Below are positions 40,729 to 50,769 of a stretch of DNA of 64,000 nt, in pieces. Both the position numbers and the translations under genes were made by a program. The notes below the pieces were generated by a model that saw only the letters and a program-made list of their open reading frames with translations, made no database searches and was not told the origin of the DNA. The stretch comes from an uncultured Gemmatimonadales bacterium. Lineage in GTDB: Bacteria; Gemmatimonadota; Gemmatimonadetes; Gemmatimonadales; GWC2-71-9. The stretch is from positions 10,780 to 74,779 of the forward strand of contig CAWFOY010000009.1 in assembly GCA_963817575.1 (NCBI GenBank), in the 5' to 3' direction. The number at the start of each line of letters is the position of its first letter. Within the stretch, counting starts at the first letter, position 1.

Positions 40729-42692
40729 GTCACGGCGAACGCGACGTCCGTCGTCGCTCCGAACGTGAGGCTCACCGGTACGTTGTTCGGGCTGGTCACC
40801 GTGCAATTCGCGGGCACCTGATCCAGGACCACGGTATGGGGACCTGGCGGCAAGGAAATCTGGACTTCGCCGGTCGAGGGAATGGCCGCGGTGTAGAGGT
40901 AGTACCAGCCGTAGTAATAGTCGTGATAGAGATCCACGCCGACGAGGTAAGTCGCCGGGGGGTTCGGACCGGTGGTCGTAACCGTCGCGCGGAGAACTGG
41001 GTTGGCGGCACAGGACACCGGGAAGTTCACATAGGTGATCGCCCCAGCAACCACATTCACGGACGTCGGATTGGAACCGCTCACGGTGCAGTTGGGCGCG
41101 ATATCCTCGAGGCCTATCGAGCGCGTGCCGGCGAGCAAGGTCAGCGACACGCCGCTGCCGGAGGTCAGGCCCGACTTGTAGCTCCCGTCTACCGAGACCC
41201 AGTAGCTCGCGTCGACGTCGACCCCGCTCGTCGGCGCGCTGACAACCACCGTGCCGGCGGCAACACAGGCGAGGTTCACCGACACGGTCGTAATCTGCCC
41301 GCTGAGCACGCTGAATGTGCCCGACATTGGACCGCCACTGCAATTCTCGGCTACGTCCCCGAAGTAGTAGTAGTACGAGTCGGCAGGGAGCTCGATCTCG
41401 ACGGTCCCATTCGACGATACCCCTCCCGCCCAGAGCGCGTAATAGCAGTACAAATCGCTGCCGGAACAAACCGAGAGGTAGTACGCATCGTCAGAGTTTT
41501 CTCCCGTCGTCGTCACGATCACGTCGAGCCCGCTGGTCCGCGGCTCGAGCGTGCAGGCCACGTCGAATTCCACGACGGCCGTGTCCCCCACGGCCACCTC
41601 GGCCGTCGCGGGATTGGGATCGCTCACCGCGCAGTTGGATGCGACGTCATCGAGGAGGATGGAGTGGCTCCCCGCGCCCAGGTGTGTGATCACGATGCCA
41701 ACGCCTGACGGCAGCGCGGTCGGCGCCCCCCCATCGATTCGCACGGCGTACACGGGGTCCGGGCTCTGGCCGGTCGTGTTGGCGGTGACCCGGAGCGCCC
41801 CTGTGGTGCCGGTGCAGGTCACCGCATAGGAGACGTGGGCAGTATCCCTGACGACCCCACCGACCTCGATGGTCACTTGCTGCGGATTGGAGCCCGCTCC
41901 CTCGCAGTTCGAGGCCAAGTCGCTGAAGTTGACGCTGTGCGCGCCGCCGGGCACGCCCGTGAACCAGAGTACGCCGTTCGGCACGATGGTCTGAGCGGCA
42001 CCGCCGTCGAGACTGACATCGTAACCGTCCGCGTCGGCGTCGGGACCAGTTGTCGGCGCCGTGACTCTGATTACCCCGGTCTGCGCCGTGCAGCGCACTT
42101 GCATCGTGACGTGGGCGACAGTTCTCACGAGGCCACCGACTTCCACGTTCACCTCGAGGGGGTTCGCTCCGGCCAGGCCGCAATTGCTCGCCGTCCCGGT
42201 GAGGCTGACGGTGTGCGTCCCACCCGGCACCGGCGCGAACAGCGCGAGGCTGGTCGGAAGCACCGGCTTGGCCGGGCCATCATCGAGGCTCAGCTCATAC
42301 CCATCGCCGTCCGGATCCGGGCCGGTTGTCTGGATCGTGACCTCGATAATTCCGGTGATCGCCGTGCAGCGCACCCCGAAGGTGAGTTCGGAGGTCTCCC
42401 CCGGATACACGGTGATCGACTGCGTGGCCTCCGTTGTGGGGGAGCAATTCGGGGCAAGTCCGACCAGCTCGAACGTGTGCTCTCCGGCTTCGATGTCGAC
42501 CCGCACCGAGCCCGAACCCGAAAACGTGTTGGCGGAAGCACCGTCAATCGTGACCACGTAGCCGTCGGGATCCGGATCCAGACCCGCGGCGGCAACCGTG
42601 ATGCGAACCTCCCCGTTACCGGGGGAGGCCGGGTCGTTGCAGGCAATGGTAGCAATGATGCCCAGCAGGAGGGCCGAACGGGGGATTTTCAT
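40719..42692 (-). CDS. Lipoprotein with seven ~90-aa Cys-paired Ig/PEGA-like repeats
   Basis: Lipobox TIAC; repeat pattern G...VT..TTG...D..Y.V..DG...H...L..A.NC...V.F.V.C. Confidence 0.85.
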   Translation of the reverse strand: MKIPRSALLLGIIATIACNDPASPGNGEVRITVAAAGLDPDPDGYVVTIDGASANTFSGSGSVRVDIEAGEHTFELVGLAPNCSPTTEATQSITVYPGETSELTFGVRCTAITGIIEVTIQTTGPDPDGDGYELSLDDGPAKPVLPTSLALFAPVPGGTHTVSLTGTASNCGLAGANPLEVNVEVGGLVRTVAHVTMQVRCTAQTGVIRVTAPTTGPDADADGYDVSLDGGAAQTIVPNGVLWFTGVPGGAHSVNFSDLASNCEGAGSNPQQVTIEVGGVVRDTAHVSYAVTCTGTTGALRVTANTTGQSPDPVYAVRIDGGAPTALPSGVGIVITHLGAGSHSILLDDVASNCAVSDPNPATAEVAVGDTAVVEFDVACTLEPRTSGLDVIVTTTGENSDDAYYLSVCSGSDLYCYYALWAGGVSSNGTVEIELPADSYYYYFGDVAENCSGGPMSGTFSVLSGQITTVSVNLACVAAGTVVVSAPTSGVDVDASYWVSVDGSYKSGLTSGSGVSLTLLAGTRSIGLEDIAPNCTVSGSNPTSVNVVAGAITYVNFPVSCAANPVLRATVTTTGPNPPATYLVGVDLYHDYYYGWYYLYTAAIPSTGEVQISLPPGPHTVVLDQVPANCTVTSPNNVPVSLTFGATTDVAFAVTCT

Positions 42693-42722
42693 GGCTCCGC
42701 CTCCGCGACGATGGATCATCAT

Positions 42723-42754
42723 CGTGAGACGGACGGCGGGTTGACGAATGCTCC
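42723..42754 (-). promoter_or_regulatory. Candidate ECF promoter copy (islet 2)
   Basis: GGAGCATTCGTCAACCCGCCGTCCGTCTCACG, 30 nt upstream of ATG 42692. Confidence 0.5.
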
Positions 42755-42966
42755 GGGGCTCAGCCGAGGGGGAGTCTTTCTCGTCTCTGAGTCCACCTGG
42801 TCTCACGACTGCTAACCATCAAGTGGTGCAACTACACGCGGAAGCCGCCTGTGCGTCCACAGCCGCAGCCGCGGGCGGCAAGGCGAATTGGGACCTGCGG
42901 CGTCAGGATATGGTCGCGGCCCCGAGGCGTCAATACCCTATCAAGCTTGATAGCGAGCAAATGCCG

Positions 42967-42999
42967 AAAAAGCCCCGCCTCGGATGTCGAAGCAGGGCT
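42967..42999 (-). terminator. Terminator after tRNA-Gly
   Basis: Stem AGCCCTGCTTCG/CGAGGCGGGGCT followed by TTTT on the minus strand. Confidence 0.75.
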
Positions 43000-43012
43000 C
43001 GCATTTATTCAG

Positions 43013-43085
<73 letters not shown>

Positions 43086-43095
43086 GTGTGGCGGA

Positions 43096-43124
43096 AAACT
43101 GGGCCGGGCGGGAGACGGTGTCAA
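43096..43124 (-). promoter_or_regulatory. Putative sigma70 promoter of tRNA-Gly
   Basis: TTGACA-N17-CAGTTT, 10 nt before the tRNA. Confidence 0.65.
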
Positions 43125-43146
43125 TCGCCTCCCGCCCTGCCCCGCG

Positions 43147-44559
43147 TTACTTCGCCCGATACCGCCATCCGACGATTCCGCTGCCGACCGCCTCGGCTTC
43201 GACCCGGGACGTCTCCCCCTCCTTGAGCGGCGGAACGATCCGCTCCGAAGTGGCGACGACCGCCTTGCCCTCATTCACGAACTCGAACAGCAGCGTGACT
43301 GGCTTCGCGGCGATGGGCTTCCCGTCCACGGTCTTGGCGGCCCGGCCGGTCGCGGTGCCGGCGGCCCGCGCGCCGCCACTGGTCAGACTGAACTCGTCCA
43401 TCGAAAGCGAGAACGGCATCGCCTCGAGTTCAGTGTAGAGCTTGATGGTCATATCCTGGTTCTTCTGCATCTGGTACGCCTGGGCCAGCAATTTCTTGCT
43501 GCTCTCGTTCATCGGGTCCACTTCGTTCAGCGCCGTGGCGGCCTTGAGCAGGTTGGCCGGATCCTGGGCCCCAAGATACGAGTTTGCGAGGTTGAACAGG
43601 GCATCGCGATTCCACGGCTCACGGGCCACCACCCGCGAAAATGCGGAGGCGGCTTCCGTGTAGTTCTTGTCCCTGAAGAAGTTCACGCCGGCGGTCATCA
43701 GATCCTCGGTCGGGACGTTATCGGCCCCGGTGCTGATCAACTCCCGCTCGATGGCGGCCGCCTTCTCGGCCTGGCCGCTCGCGCGGAGCGCCCGGGCGTA
43801 GCCCTTCCGCGCATCCACTTCGTTCGGGGCCCACTTCAGGTATTGCTCCCAGACCGGAAGCGCCTCGGCATACCGGCCTGCATTGCTCAAGAGCGCCGCC
43901 AAGTTGTAGGTGGCCTGATTCCGCGTCGCCGTCTGGGTCGAATCCGCGCTGGCGATCTGCGCCGCCTTCTGGAAGTACACGATGGCGCTGTCGTTCTGCC
44001 CGGTATTGGTGTACACCACGCCGAGGTTCATCATCGCATTCGTTTCCTGGCGATAGATGCCATTGGCCTGTTGGTACAGGACGATCGCGCTGTCCGTGTT
44101 GCCATCTTTCAGGAACTGGGATCCGGCGTTCACCAGCGGAATCCAGCTGTTCCGGCGGAGGAGCTTGATCTCGGCGGCACAGGCCGGTGCGAGCTGCTCG
44201 GCCCGCGTCAGGGCGGAATCGGCGCCGGGAATGTCGCCCAGCTGCAGATACGTCCGGCCGAGGAAATACCACGCCCCGGAGCTGGCGGATTGGCCCTTGG
44301 TGATCGCCTCCGTCAGCACGCGCTTGGCGTCGCCGAAGATGCGCATCCGGTTCACCTCGACGGACGTCTCCAGTCCGCTCTTCAAGTACGTGGCCCCGCT
44401 GCTCACGAGATAATTGCCCTTCTTGAGCTCGCACGCGGGCTCGCTGTACTTCGGTGGCTGCGCCTTTGCGACGCGATCGTTCTTGATGGTTTCCTGGGCA
44501 CCAGCCACCGCGGCGGTCGCCATCAGGAGCACCAGGCCCGCAAACACCTTCCGCATCAT
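43147..44559 (-). CDS. Secreted tetratricopeptide repeat protein
   Basis: Signal peptide AGA|Q; multiple TPRs (YFLG, NLG, YNLA, FNLA). Confidence 0.85.
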   Translation of the reverse strand: MMRKVFAGLVLLMATAAVAGAQETIKNDRVAKAQPPKYSEPACELKKGNYLVSSGATYLKSGLETSVEVNRMRIFGDAKRVLTEAITKGQSASSGAWYFLGRTYLQLGDIPGADSALTRAEQLAPACAAEIKLLRRNSWIPLVNAGSQFLKDGNTDSAIVLYQQANGIYRQETNAMMNLGVVYTNTGQNDSAIVYFQKAAQIASADSTQTATRNQATYNLAALLSNAGRYAEALPVWEQYLKWAPNEVDARKGYARALRASGQAEKAAAIERELISTGADNVPTEDLMTAGVNFFRDKNYTEAASAFSRVVAREPWNRDALFNLANSYLGAQDPANLLKAATALNEVDPMNESSKKLLAQAYQMQKNQDMTIKLYTELEAMPFSLSMDEFSLTSGGARAAGTATGRAAKTVDGKPIAAKPVTLLFEFVNEGKAVVATSERIVPPLKEGETSRVEAEAVGSGIVGWRYRAK

Positions 44560-45857
44560 GACTCCTTGTTCGCTGTCAGGGGTGCACGCGATTCGCCGGC
44601 CACCCGGTCCTGTGCACGCTGTTGCACTTCACGAGCCACTTCGACCGCGGGGCGGCCGACCCTGCGCGCCGCCCGCGCGACATCTTCGAACTCCGGCTTC
44701 ACGCGGGTTCCGCCCGGACCCTCGACGACCTTCACGCGGACCGCGATTCCCTCGCTGGTATCGACCTCTATCTGCCGCCGCGTCAGAGTGACGCGTTCGG
44801 CCGTCCATCGACGCAGGCCGGCCGTCGTGCTGTGCCGGAAGAACGCCTCCGTCACGGCGGGCTCCGCGGCAGCCTCGCTGACGACTTCGACTCGGAATCC
44901 CGGGCGCCCCTTCTTGGCCTGACTCGCCCAGACCTGCACGTCCAGGGCCCCGGCCGCGAAGAGGGCTTCCCGGAGCGGCTCAAGATACTCCGGGCTCAGG
45001 TCGTCGAGGTCGGTCACAGTCACCACGACCTCGCCCGCCTCCGCCACGGCCTCCGCGATCAGGACACGAAGTGCATTTGGGTACTCCGCGGGATTCCGGC
45101 CGCCCGCGCCCCACCCTGATGCGACCCCACGCCACCGCGCCGGCGGCCTTCCCTCGGAGAGCGCGCGGAGCAGCGCCGCGCCCGTCGGGGTCGTGGCCTC
45201 ACCGGTCACCGGACCGTCGGGGCCGATTTCGAGGCCCTCGACCAGGATGGCGGTTGCCGGCGCAGGAATCGCCATCGTACCGTGAGCCGCACGAACCCAA
45301 CCCCGCCCAAGTGCGACCGGCCGCGAGTATACGGCGGAAACTCCGAGCCGCTCGAACCCCTCGACGCAACCGACGATATCCACGAGGGCATCGAGCGCCC
45401 CGACCTCGTGCAGCGCCACACGATCCGCCGCAACGCCATGCACTCGTCCCTCGGCGTCACCCAGCAGGCGGAACGCTCGCACCGCGCGTTCCCTCACGGC
45501 TTCCGACAGCGGCGCCCGGTCGATCATCGCCACAAGGTCGCCGAGATGGCGGTGCGGCGCATGAGCATGGGAGTGGGCGCGCGCGCCTGGCTCCGTTGTG
45601 CTCCGGTGATCGTGCGGCTCGACCGGCACGGCCGGCTGTTCACGCGCACCACCCGGCATCGTGACCTTGACCTGCGTGCTCCGGATCCCGCAACGGTCAA
45701 CCGGCTCCGTCGTGATGACGACCTCCGGGCACCCGAGCCGGGCAGGCAGCGACCGGATCCAGTCTTCACCGGCCCCGAGATCCACCAGCGCACCGAGCAG
45801 CATGTCGCCGCTGATGCCGGCAGTCGGATCAATGATAGCGAAACGTCTGTCAGACAT
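44556..45857 (-). CDS. larC: Nickel pincer cofactor biosynthesis protein LarC-like
   Basis: GISGDMLLGAL, His-rich stretch, HEVGALD, PAPAT, TPTGAA, KPEFED. Confidence 0.88.
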   Translation of the reverse strand: MSDRRFAIIDPTAGISGDMLLGALVDLGAGEDWIRSLPARLGCPEVVITTEPVDRCGIRSTQVKVTMPGGAREQPAVPVEPHDHRSTTEPGARAHSHAHAPHRHLGDLVAMIDRAPLSEAVRERAVRAFRLLGDAEGRVHGVAADRVALHEVGALDALVDIVGCVEGFERLGVSAVYSRPVALGRGWVRAAHGTMAIPAPATAILVEGLEIGPDGPVTGEATTPTGAALLRALSEGRPPARWRGVASGWGAGGRNPAEYPNALRVLIAEAVAEAGEVVVTVTDLDDLSPEYLEPLREALFAAGALDVQVWASQAKKGRPGFRVEVVSEAAAEPAVTEAFFRHSTTAGLRRWTAERVTLTRRQIEVDTSEGIAVRVKVVEGPGGTRVKPEFEDVARAARRVGRPAVEVAREVQQRAQDRVAGESRAPLTANKES

Positions 45858-45877
45858 AGACTTGGAAATATCGCCCC

Positions 45878-47068
45878 TCACGGTCCTCGAAGCAAATCCA
45901 CCGGATTCCGATACAGCCAACCCGCGCCGGTGTTGAACGCGATCACGGTCTCCCCTTTATCCAAGACCCCACGGCGTACGAGTTCGGCCGCCGCGACGAT
46001 CGCCGCACCGCCCTCGGGAGAACAATCCACGCCCTCTTCGCGCATGAGCCGGGTCGCTTCCGCCTGCAGGGCGGCATCCTCGACCGCCACCGCCCCGCCT
46101 CCCGTTTCGGCAATCGCGCGGAGCATCAACCGATCCCCCAAGGGGGCCGGCACCCTGAGCCCGCTCGCGACGGTCTGGGGATCGACCCACGGCTCGCACC
46201 GATCCCGGCCCTGCTCCACTGCCCGAACCACCGGAGCGCATCCAGTGGATTGCACTGCATACAGCCGTGGGAGGCGCCCTTCAACCCATCCGAGGACCAA
46301 CAGCTCGAGGAAGGCCTTCCACATTCCGATCAGGCCCGTCCCGCCCCCGGCCGGGTAAAGGATCGCGTCCGGGAGCCTCCAAGACAGTTGAAGGGCGAGT
46401 TCCAGGCCAAGCGTCTTTTTCCCCTCGATCCGGTAGGGCTCGCGCAAAGTCGAGAGATCATAGGCACCTGACTCGGCCGCCCAGGCTCGACTCGCCTTGC
46501 CGCAATCCCCGATATGTCCCCCCAGGAGGACGAGGTCGCCCCCATATGACACGATCTGGGCCAGCAGGGTCGGAGGGGTGGAGTCGGGAGCGAAGACCCG
46601 TACAGGGGCCCCAGCGCGCGCTGCATAGGCTGCCGCCGCCACCCCGGCGTTGCCCGCCGTGGGCAGGGTAAACCGGTCCGCGCCCGCGGCGGTGGCACGG
46701 GTGATGGCCGCGCTGAGGCCTCTGGCCTTGAAGGAGCCGGTGGGATTCGCCGATTCGTCCTTCAGCAGAAGGCCAGGAAGGCCGATCCGGGTGCCGGTCC
46801 GAGGGATCGCGAGCAACGGAGTATCCCCCTCCCCGAGCGTCACGGGATCCTCGCCCGGCATGAGTGGGAGAAACTCACGGAATCGCCACATGCCCTGTCG
46901 CCGCCGCATCTCGTCGCGGTCGCTTAGGCCGGGCTTCCGGCCTCGATAACGGACCAGCCACGGTTGGCCGCAGTCGCAGACGGTGGGGAGCCCTTCGGCA
47001 CCCCGGGTGTTGCCACACGCGGCGCATTCGAGGTGCCAGTCCAGCTCCTGCGGCGATCGGACGCTCAT
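45878..47068 (-). CDS. thrC: Threonine synthase
   Basis: TLGEGDTP, NPTGSFKARG, GNAG, EGKKT, FNTGAG. Confidence 0.85.
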   Translation of the reverse strand: MSVRSPQELDWHLECAACGNTRGAEGLPTVCDCGQPWLVRYRGRKPGLSDRDEMRRRQGMWRFREFLPLMPGEDPVTLGEGDTPLLAIPRTGTRIGLPGLLLKDESANPTGSFKARGLSAAITRATAAGADRFTLPTAGNAGVAAAAYAARAGAPVRVFAPDSTPPTLLAQIVSYGGDLVLLGGHIGDCGKASRAWAAESGAYDLSTLREPYRIEGKKTLGLELALQLSWRLPDAILYPAGGGTGLIGMWKAFLELLVLGWVEGRLPRLYAVQSTGCAPVVRAVEQGRDRCEPWVDPQTVASGLRVPAPLGDRLMLRAIAETGGGAVAVEDAALQAEATRLMREEGVDCSPEGGAAIVAAAELVRRGVLDKGETVIAFNTGAGWLYRNPVDLLRGP

Positions 47069-48889
47069 GACTTCCCCTTCAGTTCTCCGAGAATTCGCTC
47101 GGCGAGCGTCGCTGAGAAACCCGGCACCGCCGCGATTTCCGCCGCGCTCGCGCTCCTGACGCCAGCCAGGCTGCCGAATCGCTCCAGCAGTCGAGTGCGC
47201 TTTGCGGGGCCGATGCCGGCGATGTTGAGCAGCTCCGAGGTGACCGTTCGCTGCGTGCGCCGCTTTCGACTGTACGCCACGCCGAAGCGGTGGGCCTCGT
47301 CCCGTGCGCGCTGGAGCAGCCGGAGCGAGGGCGCGCGCCTCGGGAGGCGGAGGCTCTCGCCTCGCCCCGGCACGAACACCTCCTCCTCGCGCTTGGCCAG
47401 GCTCACGATGGGCAGGGAGGTCAATCCGAGGCTATTGGCCGCCTCACACGCCGCGCCGAGCTGCCCCTTCCCGCCATCGATGACGACGAGGTCAGGCAAC
47501 GGCTTGCCTTCGTCGCGCCGGCGCGTGAAGTAGCGGGTCATGACCTCGTGGATGGCTGCGTAATCGTCCTGCTGACCGACGCCCTGAATCTTGAACTTCC
47601 GGTACTCGGCCTTCCGGGGCCGGCCCGCCTCGAACCAGACCAGGGATCCCACGGTGTCCCGTCCCTGGTTGGTCGAGATGTCGATGCAGATGAAACTCCG
47701 CGGCACGATGCTGAGACCGAGATCGCGACCCAGGGCATAGACCGGGTCTTCGGCGCGTTCATCCGTCTCGAAGGACTCGATGCGCAGGCTCTCGAGCAGG
47801 TGGCGGGCATTCTGGTCGGCGAGCTCCAGCCAGCGTGCGGCCGTGCCGCGCTGCGGAACCAGGAACTTCACCTCCGGCGTGAGGACTTCGAGGCCCGCGA
47901 TGTCGGCCGGCTCGAAGGGAAGGATTACGCGCCGGGCCCGGTCCGCCACCGGCAGGTAATACCGCACCAGGAGCGCGCTCAGGACCTCCGGGTCCGGCAC
48001 CTCCTCGACGTTCTCCAGGAAGCGGTGCTCGCGCGAGGTGACCTTGCCCTCCCGGATCCGGAACAAGACCCCCACCGCATCATCACCATCCCGGGCGAAG
48101 CCGATCACGTCGGCGTCACCGGTGCCGATGACCTCCACCGCCGTCGGGGCCTCGACGCGATCAAGCCACCGCAGTGTGTCCCGAAGCTCACGGGCGCGCT
48201 CGTAGTCCTGCCGGTCGCTCGCGGCGGACATCAGGTCGCGCACCCGGCCGCGGACATCCACGGTGCGCCCCTCGAGGAAGGCGAGCACCTCATCGATCAT
48301 GGCGCGGTACGAAGCCTCATCCTGCCAGCCGACGCATGGCGCCTTGCACCGCCCGATATGGAAGTCGAGACAGGGACGCTCCCGGCGCTCGCGCGGGATG
48401 TCGTCGGTGCAGCTCCGCACCGTGAAGATCCGCCGGATGAGCGCGAGCGAGCGCCGCATCAACGAGACGTCGGTATACGGGCCGAAGTAGCGCGCGCCGG
48501 GCAGGTCCCGGCGCCGCGTGACCAGCACCCTGGGGAACGGATCCCGCACCGTGACGGCGATGGACGGATAACTCTTGTCGTCCTTGAGCTGGACGTTGAA
48601 CCGGGGCAGATACTCCTTGATGAGGTTGTTCTCGAGGAGCAGCGACTGCGCCTCGTCGGGCACCACGATGGTCTCGACATCGGCGATCTGGCGAAGCAGG
48701 AGCTCCGTCTTGGCGCTGAGCGCCAGAATCACCGGAGAAATAGCTGCGCACCCGGCTCTTCAGCCGGGCCGCCTTCCCGACGTACAGGACCCCGCCCGCG
48801 GCGTCCTTCCACAGGTAGACGCCGGGGCCGTCGGGGAGGGTGTCGAGCTTGCGCTGGAGTGCTGCGGGAAGCAGTCGCGGATCCGTCAT
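47065..48889 (-). CDS. uvrC: Excinuclease ABC subunit C, frameshifted near 48725
   Basis: [20 protein letters not shown] in one frame; LENNLIK, KDDKSYP, DGGKGQ, RDEAHRF, HhH in the next frame. Confidence 0.92.
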
Positions 48890-48898
48890 CGGCACCGG

Positions 48899-50449
48899 TC
48901 AGTCGCGGGAGCCTGGCCTGGTCGGCATGAACCGGCCCAACAGCTCCCTGGCCTCGCTCACGCCCATCGCGCGAGCCAGACCGAAATATGCGATGCCGAA
49001 GGCACCAAGTACGAGGATGGCGACGGGAATCGGCGGCCAGGAACCCACCAACAGGAGCACCCCCCAGGCGACGCCTGCCGCGGCGCCGGCCGCCATCCAG
49101 AGGCGGCCGAGCAGCTCACGGGGCACGCCGGTCGCACCAATCCGCGCGCCGAGACTCCGCCGGAGGAGGCTGAACTCGAGCCAGCCGGCGAGCCCGGCGG
49201 ACGCGGTGAGCCCTGCGGCGCCCCACCGGGAGTCGATCAACAGCAGCTCGGGCAGGCGGAGCGCCGCGAACAGTCCGAGCGCCGCGGTGGCCGCCACGCG
49301 CACGATGGCGAACTTCAGGGGCGTTCGCGTGTCCTGCAAGGCGTAGAACGCGGAGGCGTAGAGGCGGCCCATGGTCGAGGCGAGGAGTCCGACGGCCGAG
49401 CCGGCGAGAATCCCCCACACGTACAGGGTGTCCCCGCGACGGAATTGCCCGGTCTGGTAGAGCGCGCCCGCCACGACGTGACCGAGCGCGACCAGAGCCA
49501 TCGCCGAAGGGACGACGAAGAAGGCGATTTGACGGAGGCCGGGACCGAGGCGGGCCCGGAGCTGCGCGGCAATCTCGTCAGCGCTGCCTCGCGCGCGCGC
49601 CATGGCAGGGAGCTCCGCGGCCGAGACCGACATGCCGAAGAGACTCACGGGCAACGTGTAGATGGACTGGGCGTAGCCGATGGCCGCGACGGCGCCGGTG
49701 GGCAGGAGCGTGGCGATGAGCTCGTCCACGAACGCGCTCACCTGCACGACGCCACGGCTCACGAGCGCGGGCGCAAAATTCCGGAGGACGGTTTGCACGT
49801 GCGCGGTCCGCTCCCGCAGGCGGAGTGTGAGCGCCGGCGCAACCCGACGGACCGTGGGCCACTGGACGAGCACCTGGAGCAGGCTCCCTGCCACGCTGCC
49901 CCACGCCGCGGCAACGGCCAGCGGGAACTGTCCCAGCCGGCCGCCGAATGCCATGAGGCTCCCGATGATGACAAGGTTCCACGCGACCGGCGCAGCGTAA
50001 CTGAGGAAGAACCTGCGGTGGGAATTGAGCACGCCGAGGCACCAGGCGGACATCACGAGAAGCCCTGCCCCCGGGAAGAGGATTCGGACCAGGCGGATGG
50101 TCAGGTCGCGTTTGGCGCCATCAAACCCCGGGGCGATGAGGGTGACGAGGACTGGTGCCGTCAGCACTCCAACCACCACCATCGCCGCGACGGCGATCGC
50201 CAGGAGCGCCCCGATCGCGCCTGCGGTGCTGTCCGCGTGCTCCTGCTCGTCCCGGCCCAGGAGTCCGGCGTAGACCGGGATGAACGAGGCGGAGAGTGCG
50301 CCCTCGCCGAAGAGGTTCTGAAGGACGTTTGGAATCCGGAACGCGGCGGTAAACGCGTCCGCTGCATCGGAGTTGCCGAGATAATGGGCGAAGGCGCGCT
50401 GGCGCACGAGGCCCAGCACGCGGCTGAGCAGAATGCCGGCGGCGACCAT
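48899..50449 (-). CDS. murJ: Lipid II flippase MurJ
   Basis: SRVLGLVR, DAFTAAFRIPN, GEGALSASFIP, FYALQDTRTP. Confidence 0.95.
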   Translation of the reverse strand: MVAAGILLSRVLGLVRQRAFAHYLGNSDAADAFTAAFRIPNVLQNLFGEGALSASFIPVYAGLLGRDEQEHADSTAGAIGALLAIAVAAMVVVGVLTAPVLVTLIAPGFDGAKRDLTIRLVRILFPGAGLLVMSAWCLGVLNSHRRFFLSYAAPVAWNLVIIGSLMAFGGRLGQFPLAVAAAWGSVAGSLLQVLVQWPTVRRVAPALTLRLRERTAHVQTVLRNFAPALVSRGVVQVSAFVDELIATLLPTGAVAAIGYAQSIYTLPVSLFGMSVSAAELPAMARARGSADEIAAQLRARLGPGLRQIAFFVVPSAMALVALGHVVAGALYQTGQFRRGDTLYVWGILAGSAVGLLASTMGRLYASAFYALQDTRTPLKFAIVRVAATAALGLFAALRLPELLLIDSRWGAAGLTASAGLAGWLEFSLLRRSLGARIGATGVPRELLGRLWMAAGAAAGVAWGVLLLVGSWPPIPVAILVLGAFGIAYFGLARAMGVSEARELLGRFMPTRPGSRD

Positions 50450-50478
50450 CGCCGCGGGTCGGCGGCGGGACGGGAGAT

Positions 50479-50760
50479 TCAGGGTGCGGAACGGGGTGGC
50501 AGGGAGGGCCGGCTGGCGGTGTCCTCGAGAAGGCGTTGCAGGAACGCGTTCTCATCCTTGAGTCCTTCGATCGCCCGAGTGAGGTCATCCACCTCGCTCT
50601 CCAGCAGCTCGACCCGCTTCGCGAGCTCGAGGACCCCGGGCGGCGTGTTCTCCGGCCCCTCCATCCGGCGCGCGATGGCGCGCCCGATGGGAGAGTCAAG
50701 CAGGATGGTCAGGACGGGCACCATCACAGCCACGAGGAGTATCAATCCGATCCAGCCCAT
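50479..50760 (-). CDS. Small membrane-anchored coiled-coil protein
   Basis: TM helix, SPIGRAIA, heptad region; fits between bshC and murJ. Confidence 0.75.
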   Translation of the reverse strand: MGWIGLILLVAVMVPVLTILLDSPIGRAIARRMEGPENTPPGVLELAKRVELLESEVDDLTRAIEGLKDENAFLQRLLEDTASRPSLPPRSAP

Positions 50761-50769
50761 GAGTCGAGT

